From Mizuhopecten yessoensis (taxonomy: Eukaryota), in assembly GCF_002113885.1 (NCBI RefSeq), contig NW_018407189.1, positions 111,720-175,719 on the forward strand: a stretch of DNA of 64,000 bases, given 5' to 3'. Within the stretch, counting starts at the first letter, position 1; each line of letters begins with the position of its first letter. Below the pieces are notes generated by a model, which saw only the letters and a program-made list of their open reading frames with translations, was not told where the DNA came from and ran no database searches. The position numbers and the translations under genes were made by a program. This document shows, in pieces, positions 42,901 through 54,700 of this stretch.

Positions 42901-45751
42901 TAGAATTTCCATCGCTTCTTCTGTTACGCCAAACGTCTTGCGTTTAACTGAAAACGAAAATGTTAAAATGGTATATTGGATTGCACAAGAATACCATTAC
43001 ATCATAAGATATGACAAAATCGCATAAGGGTCCATGTTCTAGTGCTCAAATCATTGACAGATGATCGTTAGACATACATGTGCTTGCTACTTTTAAAACA
43101 ATCACGTTTTGTTTTCATATTGAGACGATATGAGTTTTAAGGAATGAAACATATCTATAATTTAATTTTAGCGAAATTTGAAATATGTAAAACTGTCGCA
43201 CTTAAGTTTATCTAAACAAAAATAATTATATACATGTAGAATAATAACAATGACACCAATAAAGAAAATGCAATTATCAATGCATATGAAAGTTAATTTT
43301 TTGACCAGCATTGGCATGTATCTGTTTTTTCTATCCATAAGTATTGCACCCGTTAGTATACATTGCACATTCATTTAGAATATAACGTCAATACAAACAA
43401 AGCAGATAGTTATAACACTATGCATATATTTGCATTCTGTATGCCTGGACCCATTGATAAAACTGACATTTATTTGTGCATAGCACAGATGACCGCATAA
43501 CTGCATACTCATATGTACACTACAATGACGTAGCACAGATCGTACTTGGTTCACGTCCGCCGTGAAACAGCCATCGATGTAGTTTTGTTATGCTCATATA
43601 AATTCAGCATGATTGACTTAATTTTACAGCTAAAATAAGATGTGAAGAGTGAATGATAATAATATACGACTTGTATGAATTCTACAAATTAGATTTTAAC
43701 AGGAAACCGCCAACAATGATACGGCCGGATTACTACAGTACATTTCCATGTAAAGCATTACATGTTATAAGCATCCTTTAAAATACAAAAACAATGCAAA
43801 TTTAGTTGATGTAGGACAAGTAGATACTTGGTAATTGACCTAAACTTATCTTCTTAACAATAGTGCAAATGGGGCCTGACCTCAACAAAACTTCTTAACC
43901 TGGTCACTGAAGGTGAAATATAGGTCAGAACAAGCAGCCGAAGCATCGTATGTGATTAGCATTCTTAGATACATAAGCCATTTAAGTTAAGTTGATTAGG
44001 GATAATTAATAACTTGGAAACGGAATTTTACCATACTTCTTAACCTTAGTGCAAACAGAAGAACCGATCGACACAGACAGACATACGGACGGACGGATGG
44101 GAATTGCCAATCTATAAGCCCTGAAAATGGAACTATAAGTTGTTGTTTTTGTTGTCATGCTGTTGCTTGGAGCCCCATCAAATATTTTACATTTTCCTGC
44201 GTAAACACGCCGTTCCCTTTACTGCGTTGCTCTACATGTATAAATAAAAAAATGCATGTTTTTGTTTTATTTATGCTTGCATGGGAAAATGCAAACACTT
44301 AAAAATCTAAATATAAGGAATGATATTAGTTTTTTAAACATTCATGAGGTCATAACAACATTTGCTTATTTGACGTAATCCATGAATCGCATTAAAATAA
44401 GTTTCATTCCTTAAGTTAAAGCAAACATCATAGTGTATTTTAAGTCGTGAAGAAAATAACTGCGGTGTCTGGACACGGTGGCATAAAGGAAAATATAAGG
44501 TGTAACCTTACCTAGCATGTTTAATCCTGGAAGAAGAATACGCCAATCCAGAACTGTACAGTAGAGTGGTACATCTCTGGGAGAAAGACTTTTCATTTTG
44601 TTCTCCAACACTTTTGAATATATCCTCCAAAACGCAGGTCCTAGTTTCCAAAAGTCTTTTCCATCATTCTGTTAAAACATGTTATTGTTACACAGTTTAA
44701 ATAAAAGAATGCAAGGCGATGCTGAATGTATTTCAGACACATGACATTATAACAAAACAGTAGAATTATATACTTTGCATAGTGTTTACAGTACAATTAT
44801 TAAATCCTAATCAGAGGAATTTCTATAAATGAATGTATGAATAAAAGTAAACAATTTTGAAAAGTCAACAACAAATATTGTTACCATTCCACTTCGATTG
44901 ATACCTATAGTAAAGCAGAATTTATTAGAATTCAGTTATGTCGGTCTGCTAAACATACGTGGTTGTAGGCTTCCTCTAATCTTTCTTCTAGTATCTCTGT
45001 GAGGATTCCGTCTAATTGGACTGAGTGTTTGTCAGCTTTGCAGTAATAAGTTAAGAGAGAATGCGCTGGTACCTGTAAAAAGTCAATTTGAATATTCATG
45101 AAGCAATTTCTGCTCTCAAGCCGATAATAAACAAAACTTACTGTTTAGTTAGTGACGTATTTTTTATACGTTATGGTGGCATATGTTAACTATTTTATTA
45201 ATCGCTTATTTTCACTTAATTGCGCCGACCTATACAAAGAAAAATGTTGACTCATCACGAAATAAGACGACTTGGATAACAAAATGGAGGTATTAGGTGT
45301 TGAAACAGACCTAATTTCTTAATGCCATACGAGTGATAAATATTTTCAAAATGATTAGTAGACTTAAATTGTATATGCCACAAAACACGAAGTGGGTTTT
45401 CCCTTGTTTACAACTCGTCTTAAAGTACTATTTCTACAAGCCAGTTTTTATATCGGAAAATATGTTTCCCAATTTCATCATTGAATCATCAAGAGTTTTT
45501 ATTTTCAGGCGGAAGTTTTACGGAGGCCTGGATTTGGTCACATGTCTTGCTATAAACACTTAACCTTTTGTATCCAGGAGTTATTTATTGGTAAAGATGT
45601 ACTGTTATATAACAGCACTTACCTTTTCTACGCTTTGGCGAAAGTGATTGCATATGGAAGTTTCCCACGTTTTCACTAATGCCATTCTGTAAAGAAAACA
45701 TGATTTGTACACGTCCTACGAGAACTGGTTCGGATATCTCGCTTGTTAATG

Positions 45752-45795
<44 letters not shown>

Positions 45796-48700
45796 CAGCT
45801 AATTTATTAGCTTAAATTATGCCATGAAAAACTCATAGAAACCTATTGATCTCAGTTTATGATAATACCCCCCAATTATTAAGTGAATAAACTTTTAAAT
45901 TATGTTTGTATGATTTTATATTAAAAGGCAAGCATTTCATTTTTTTTATATATATATATATAATCGGATGAGAATCTTTTCCTATAATTTGATTGGTCAA
46001 GCCATATTAAGGAACAATCTTGACACGCATGCGCACTTTGTAGCGTCACTTCTAGCTGAAGCAGAAAAAAAGTTTGCGTTCAGCCTCCACGAGAGAACTT
46101 TATATATCTTATATTTAAGCAGTTCACGTGATCAATTTCATAGGTTATGTAAGTTAACTTGTGATCAAATGTATGTTATGTAATAATTTGTCATTAAATG
46201 TCACCTTCGGTGGCCATTTTCAACTTCAATTTGCTGTTGGGTTATCTTTGAGTTGAAGGAACATGAATATATATAATCAAAATATCTTACATGTTCCTAT
46301 TTCCGCTTGATACACCAATCCTCTCAAAATCCATGCATCGGTCTGCGGTCTGTAAATGAACAGTATTTAATACTGGTAAAACATGTGATTGAATTATCAT
46401 TTACAGCTTGACAGAAATTATTGTACGTAATTGATATATACATCGTGTTGATGGAATAGTTCCACTTTTGATGCAGTGAATATAATTATTAATAGGTAGT
46501 ATTGAGTAAGAATAGCGTGAAAGGTTCAAAATCTAGTAAGTAATTGAGATATGGTGTATGGCAGAAAGAAAACAAGCAATTTTCATATTTGTAAGGTTTG
46601 AAGTTCAGATCTTTGCAAAACCAATGATCATTGTTGAAACTTAAGCATTAACATTAACACACAAGAAGAAAATCAGAACTGACAGTCCAACCGAAAAAAA
46701 GCATCAACAGGAACCAAAATGCCACCAAAACAAAAAGGAAAGACATAAAAACGGTGTTTCAATTGCTCCACCATCAATCTAAGAGACAGTGACCAGTTAT
46801 CACCCGAAAGGTTCCTGACTTAATCAAGCTATGTTCTCGTCTACCGTTAAGTTATTACAGTCACCCAAATTATCTTGATACAATTCTTATTATAATTTGA
46901 ATGCAACCACATCAACGTAAATACTATCAAAAGAATTATCTAAACGATAAGTTATTCTGAAGAAAATGTATGCGTAAGAAAATATAGTTTACCAATGTGT
47001 GTTTAGTAGAAAATATCATTCAAATGTGTTAGTTTGAAACCAAATGTCGTCTTCGTAATATTCGAGTGTCTTAGTAAACAACAGCATACACTACATTATA
47101 GACTTGAGGGATACAGATAATTTTTGATTCTCCAGGTCCAGATATGTTACCTTCATATGTTTGATTGAGGGCGCTAAGAAATTCGTAATATCACTAAATA
47201 CTATGCATACATTCAAGGTATCATTGTACCTATACATAACATAGTCATTTTATGAAGCAATTTCCCAACGTAATTTACGTAATTTATGAAAAGCTATCGA
47301 GTGCTTTATCTACTCATTCAGAATCGTCTGTTCATCTGCTTACGATCGAAAACAAACGTGTGTTGACCGTTCAAGCACACGATTGGCTCTGCTATGAAAG
47401 AGGCTGTTTCAATGGACGCGAAAGTCAATATAAACGAGGATATATAGTTAATTTATCGAAATATTGTCAAATAGTAAACTAACAAAAATTATGAATGTAT
47501 TGTATCTCCTTTTTGAAGTCTATATAGAAAATAAATGAAAGAGCGAACACTGCAGTAAAGGTGCATATTGATATATTGAATATACATGATTTCATAAGTT
47601 CTTCCTATGGGGTCATTTTTCGCAGTAATCGTTACCTTAGCAAGTATTTCAATGTTCCCCTCACATCGTGTAAACAACTGTTCAGTCACAAGCATTATCT
47701 TAGAAAAAGGTTCGTCTAACTCCGTCATCTTATATGCGTCACCCTTTGTATTCTTTAATAAGGGAATTAATCGTCCTTGCTCTCTTACAGCTACGACAAA
47801 CAAACGTAGTGAATCAATGAGCGTTCCGATGGGATGCTCCTGCTGGTTCAGAATATCACACAGCTGTTCAGCTGCTCGACGCGTTTGTCTAGCAGTGGTG
47901 TATTTTTCTGCTAGTTCATCATCTGATGAGATATTGCTGTCAGATAAAATCAAAGAAAATAGTTTTTTTAATTATTCACAATTTTAATTTGATAAATAAG
48001 ACATAGTTGGGTCACGACGTACAATTATCGTGAAAAAGACGATATTGATGATACAATTGTAGGTATGTCTGAATTGTAAAAGAAGACTGTCAACATAGAG
48101 TATACCTCTCGATCGAACAAAAATATCCGTACGTCTAAATAAGCCAATTTTAGTCTCTTTATAGTGCATACATATACACTTCACATTATTTTTATTTTAA
48201 TTTTTTTATTTTGCTTCTTTTCGATCTCCTGTACTGATTTGTTTCTTTGAGGTAAGGTTGGGTAGGTGTTATATGAACTTTATGTGTTTTACAACACTTT
48301 TTTCGATTTATAATAATCACTTCTGTTACCCCGGATAAAATCGCACGGAGTGTTAATGTGGGAGGAAAACGGAGTACTCGGAGAAAATCCACATGGTCGG
48401 GCAGGTGACTCTATTCTGTTTTACGTTCGATTTGGGAGTCAACGCCGTGTATTTGAAAGGCTAGTATGATACCACTTCATAACCTGACCACCGAGTTTCC
48501 CATTAAAATATACAGATAGTTCACTCAAAGATTGCAAAAAATATCATCTGTCATTGCCTAAATTGGTGATATTTTGCTGATTTGAAATAAAAAATCTAAC
48601 AACAGATCCTAGATGGATCGTGGTATCCGCAATCGCAAGATATGTTCTTTATTCTTCTATATATTGCATTGATTTTGTTTTTCAATAGTAAAAGGCTGCC

Positions 48701-51700
48701 TGAGAGTTACCTCAATTTGTTATCAGTTTCATAACGAAACCAAAATATGCGATTGAATAAAACTCTGTAAACTACTTCGTGAGACGGACCAGAAGCGAGG
48801 GCGATTTAACCTCAAATAAAATATATTTAGCTTAAAGTTTTCCGTCATTTCTGCTACATATATCAACTTTTAGCTAAGCTATCTTGGTCATTATTTCATC
48901 TAGAAAGCATTTTGTTTTGTTTTACAATTGACATATTGGCAATGAAAATTAGAAAATATTGTGCAGAGCCATGTTTCAAGAAAGAGTAGAATGTTAGTCC
49001 CATTTAATTAGATTACTTCAATTAGATCTTTTACATACAAAAAGGAAGTAGGTTTTTAAACAATTTCCCATTGATATTTCAGTGTCAAAGTTTATGAATT
49101 GGGTAAGAACAAATGGTCCTGATGGATAAAAAATGTAATTACATAAACTTTATATATGTAGATTAAGTTGGTTGTATATTCACAAGGTACAAAACATATT
49201 GCCGAAATATTTTCTAAATCTAATATACCTCCACCGAAAATCCTAAATCAAACTAGTTTTCCTTTAGATATTACAGATACTTTTTGGCCACAAAATAAGA
49301 CGAGTTTTAAGACGTAGATGCTCATATGTAATTACCGTATATCCTTAACATTCTAACATTGCATTGTAAAAAGCAAAATCATACCTAACAGGCAAAGTGG
49401 TGTTTTCCTTCGACATATCTTTTGCCATATGAGTCAAGAGATGACACAGGTCCTGCAAAATATGACAAATGATAGTAAGTATAGGGGTAATAAGAGGTTC
49501 AGACCTATATCAAACCCTATTTAGAACATATCATGCAGAGTATTACATAAATAGCAAGTATCCTTTTATCTCATAACGCTGCATCAGTTCGACTAAAAAG
49601 GATGATCGGGCTATGCCATTAACGTCTTTGTTTCCTGTCCGACAAACTCGAAAATCTTGACAAAATAATTCCCATTTCGACTACCTAAGATTTTTGATAT
49701 ATCAATTCGAAATAACGCCTAACCTATATTTGCCTTATTTTAAGATTTGTTTTACATTTTTGCCTTTATAAACAACATCTTATTCTTAAATGTTTAGGTA
49801 GTACATGATTTAAAAGATTCCAGGTCCAAATACTCATTTTTAATATATAGAACACCGTTTGACTTTAATATCCTTCCGACTGCGTAACACCATCATGCTA
49901 TTTTACTCAAGTGATTAACTTCACCCTGACAATTAACGTACTAAGTTAAAATCTTTACTGCGTCAATAAACACTGTAAAGTCAAATTAATTCATTAAAGT
50001 CTAAAACTCACATTTTCAAATGTTGCGTCGACCTTAGTATTCTTGCAAAGGTGCCTCATAATTGCGGCGATGACCACATCACGTGACACCCAAAGTCTTT
50101 CCTTGAAGAAAATCATCAATTTTCCTGCCGGTACACAAGCCGTTAGAGTACTTGGTAGAAGTGTATCCAACTTAAAAAAGCATAGGTGATTTTCCAAGAA
50201 AGGGAAATGGCTGGATAAAAAATAAATGGATAACATAATTATCATAATCATTACATATTACAACACCAATATCGACAGTATCAATTGTCAAGGTCAAAAC
50301 TACTTTTTAAAAAATCATTTTTTTTTTTTAAACTATCCTGAATTACCGAAAGGCAATCCTGAAGATAGGGAGTCTAAAACTGTCTATAAATACAATTAGT
50401 GGTAAGGATGCATACGCTTCCCGTCATATATGGAAACATGTAGCTTTCTAACATGAACATTATATTACCTTATACTCCCGAGTTGCTGTGCCGTCTTATT
50501 GACGATATCATCTAAACCTTTATCTTCAAAACGAGGCTTCTCTTCCAAACTAAACCTGGTAACTTCAAACGGCATTTGGCCAGAGAGCAAATGTATCAAT
50601 GGTATACAAAACAGCCAATAAGCTTCTCTGACCGGTAACACCTCCATTGATGTTTCGCAAAATCTGGTCACTGTTTGTCTCAGTTTATCCCTGAAATATA
50701 GACAGATTATATTTCCCTAAGTCTCATCAGGTAAACGGGATGCCTATTGGTACAATACAATGATAAGCGTTGCTTACATAAAGCGTTAAACATCACTGGA
50801 TTGAAAACTGTAACCTTGTTGGGACTCTGCCTCCCCCCTCCGACTCCCCCCTAAAAAGCCGTTTGCCTTTCAAAATAAATTAGAACATGGATGTCTAAAG
50901 AGAAGAATATAATATAAAATGACATATATAATTAAAACCTAAAAAAACTAAATCTCTCAAAGTACAAATCTTTGGATTTGTTTGTAAGGGATCTTTCGTT
51001 GGGTATTATTAAAATTTTTGTTTGTGGGAGCTGTGAAATATAACAGAGGCGTTGAAACAAGTTAAACATTTATATATAATAACAATACATCGTTTTAAAA
51101 ACAACCATTTATCGTAGAACACGATGTTAGGGACAGCACGATGTTGCCTCACCAAATGTCACTGACACACGCGTACGCGATGACACATGTATAATACCCC
51201 AAAAGGAGGAATTTCCAAGCGAATCCCAGCCAACAGTCAGTTCACTTTTGACTCCATATGAGATTACCACGATCGTATGATGTTCTTCCCGGACAACGTT
51301 CACTTTCTGTTTTATCGCGCCAACCACATCCTAGCCAATCGTTTCCTCCTTCCCGCGCCGTGCTGTCCATCCAAACTGTCAATCAGTCTATACACAGTAA
51401 TTACAACACTAACACTTTCAAAATTAACACATACAACAAATAGTGGATACATTTATTCTAGCAAACACCCACTTAAGAAAATATTATCAAACATGTTCAA
51501 AACATAGAAAAAATCTCAAAATCAATATTTTCATATTTGGTACTTTTACCATAGTGTACATTACCTCAACCTAGATTGACAATCTTTCGAACTACTACTG
51601 TCTGCTGAGATAGTCTGCAGCTACATTCCCCTCCCTTGATAGCTTTAATGCAACAATTGTAGTTCTGTTAGAATAGTGCACACCGCATAATTCTACTACT

Positions 51701-54700
51701 TTCTATCTTGCTATTCTGAATAAATAACAATGGCCTGTGGTCAGTGTACAAGCTAAATCCATGTCCATACAGTTACATTTGGCATTTACTGATAGCAAAC
51801 ATAATAGCTAAGCATTCTCGTTCAATAACTGAATAGATCATTTCTCTGTCCAACAGTTTCTTACTGGCGTTTGCGACTGGATATAAACTTGAAATAAACC
51901 TCGGTCGTCCTTTTTAGTGAGGTCTGTAAGTGGTTTCGCAACATCCGCAAAGTTTGGTACAAACTTACGATAATAACTCGCACTTGTCATTTCGTCTTGG
52001 GATGGTAGGCATCTCTAACTTTTGTTAGCATCCATCTTAATGGTGCCCTCACCAAGTATGTGTCCAACAATCCTAGTGTTCTGTATGCTATCATACATTT
52101 AGGTGGTCAAACCGTTATATTACCATCCATTATCCTCGTAAATAAATCTCTGTTGTCATCCATGTGTTCATTCCATGTCCTATTGTGACCACGTTTATCA
52201 CCCACATAGTGGTCGATGTTTTTAATACCACCCAACATCTTCCTCGTCATTCTGTTGAATGTGGCCCCGGAGTTATTAAGACGGAACGGAAGTTTCCAAA
52301 ATTGATAACATCCTTCTGGTATGGAAAAGGCTGTCATGTGTCGTGATTTCTCCTCGACTGGTATTTGCCAATACCCCTTGCTAGGTGAAGTTTCAAGAAA
52401 TAGTTGTTCTTGTCAAGCTTTGTTCGGATATCTTTGAAGTCTCCCATTGGCTCAGAGTCAAAGTTAGTTACATAATTTAACTTTCAAAGGTCAATGCATA
52501 CCCTATTGCTCTGATCCTTTTTCTTCACCATGACAATTGGAGCATTGTATGAGGATTTTGATGGTTCTACTATCCCCATGTCCACCATTTTCTTAACTTC
52601 CACCTGTTCTTCTTTTCTTTTGGCATATGGAATGGGGTAAAGTTTCACCCGGATAGGATCCTTTGTAGTTGTTTCAATACAGTGGGTTTGTAGTTGTGGT
52701 GTTCCTGTGACATCCGTAAAATTGTCACGAAGTTTCTCTAATAGGGCCTTTATCTGAGACTGTTGGTCCTTTGTCAAATCATCGCTGATCTGTACGTTTA
52801 CGAAGGTCATTCTCTGACACATGCCTTAACTCGAACAAGTGTTCTCATCCACCGCTCCTGTCTCATCTACACCTTCTTCTATGATGACTGCTATTCTAGC
52901 TATTGTTTCAATTGCTGGTTTGCTTTAAGTTGTTGTAATTTATGTTTTGTGTCGTCTCCTCGTTCGACATAATTTGACTTTCCCACCGACATTCACTTTA
53001 TAATCCCTGTGATTAACAACTTCAACCACCTCAAATAGTCCTTTCAGTTGTAGCAAAAGTGTGTTGGTAGTAGGACAAGAACCCTTTTACCGAGCTTCGA
53101 GCTGTCGATTCCTTGTTTTCTTATCATAGTGATGTTTGTACACACTTTGTGATTCATGAAGACTATCTCTAGCTATCTTGTAGGTTTCCTCCTACCTAAA
53201 TACGAAAAGTTCTTTATGCACAACCAATAAGAGTGTCTATGTGACGTTTCGATGACTAGTATGGTTTGTTCACTGTCACCTTCATCAGACAAATGACCAG
53301 TGAAGCGTATGCACATAAAGGTGTAAAACGTGTACGAGTTGTCCACAAAATCAATGTCGATTCGGCTACGATGTAAGCGTATGTACAATAGTTGTAACTT
53401 ATTTTACGAAATGACTCCATTCAGCTACACTTTGCTTAATACTTGGTCATAGATTTGCAAGAGTCTATGAGCCCCTCATCTCGCTTTAGAACTAGCACAC
53501 TGCGGCGTATCTATATGGCTTCCTTTATCTGCCGCTTGAACAGAGTACTCTCTCTGCTCAATACTTTGGAGTTATCCCAATCAATCACATGATTTTTTCT
53601 GTGTGACATGGTCTGTGATTGCCGATTTATTTATCTGGGACTCCGACTGCTTCCATTTTGATCTTTTGAATTTCGTACCTTCCTGGGTTTCCGTATCTTT
53701 CCCGGGTTCACCAACGCGGACCCCTAATCGCCTTCAAGTCTATCCAATATACGATGTGTCGCAGTTTTTGTGTCCGATTTTGTATACGCATTCTGCTTCG
53801 TTTTCTTTAGTTGTTTTATCCTAAGAATGTATTAGGATATTACGAAGCATCTTGTGGGGCTTCACGGCGGTTGCTATGCCATGACCGCGATAAATCCTCT
53901 GAATGGTTTCGGATATACCTTTTATATACGGGATGACCACTTGACCTTTGATTTTGTTCTTATTCTTGATTGGCCTTTTCTTGTTCTTCTCCTTACTTTA
54001 ACACTGTTTTTGTACCTGTTTTAGGGCTCATTCCGGATATGCACATGTTATCATTGCCCTTGCGATGTGATTCTACTCTTGTGTTTTGTCCTGTTCTGTG
54101 GCTATTGTATCACATATGTTTAGCAATGTGCGTACGACGCCAAACTTATTGGGCAAAGGATGGCGAGATTTGAAGTTCAGGTATTGGTCCGTATGGGTCT
54201 TTTTTCAATAGACCAATACCTTCACGGTTACGTCTTCTTTCTGTTCCAGTAGAGTGTCCAAGAAGGACATTGTACCGTTGGTCTCTTCCTCACATGCAAA
54301 TTTGATGTTGTTAGTGGCATCTACCAACCTGAAGAAAATGTTTAGGAAAATTCGTCCAACCTGTTCCTTATATCGGGAACGTACTGATAAGTGTTCCTAA
54401 TTTGTGAAGTCTCGTCCGCTTTGTCCAAATTTCCTTATCGCCTGCATGGGCCCACGTACTGGTCTCTCATACAAATACTCAAATGGTGAGAATCCGGTAC
54501 TTGCAGGTATGCAAATATTAATATTGCTGTTATGTATCTGTCCCAATCCTGTGACGTTCTTGGCACATTTTCCTTTGACATGCTCTTGAGAACACCATAC
54601 CTCCTCTCATACCAGCCGTAACATTTCGGGTTGTAAGGCGTCGTGAACAGTTGCTCGACCGACACCAATCTACACACCTCCTCCATTAGTGCTGATGTAA

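Noticed and set aside
47151-47193. 43-nt candidate exon
   Set aside because: Inserting it between w5 and w6 would break the frame.
2557-47987. Plus-strand ORFs overlapping exons (e.g. 2557..2805, 14042..14257, 47607..47987)
   Set aside because: Antisense shadows of RNF213 exons with no independent evidence.
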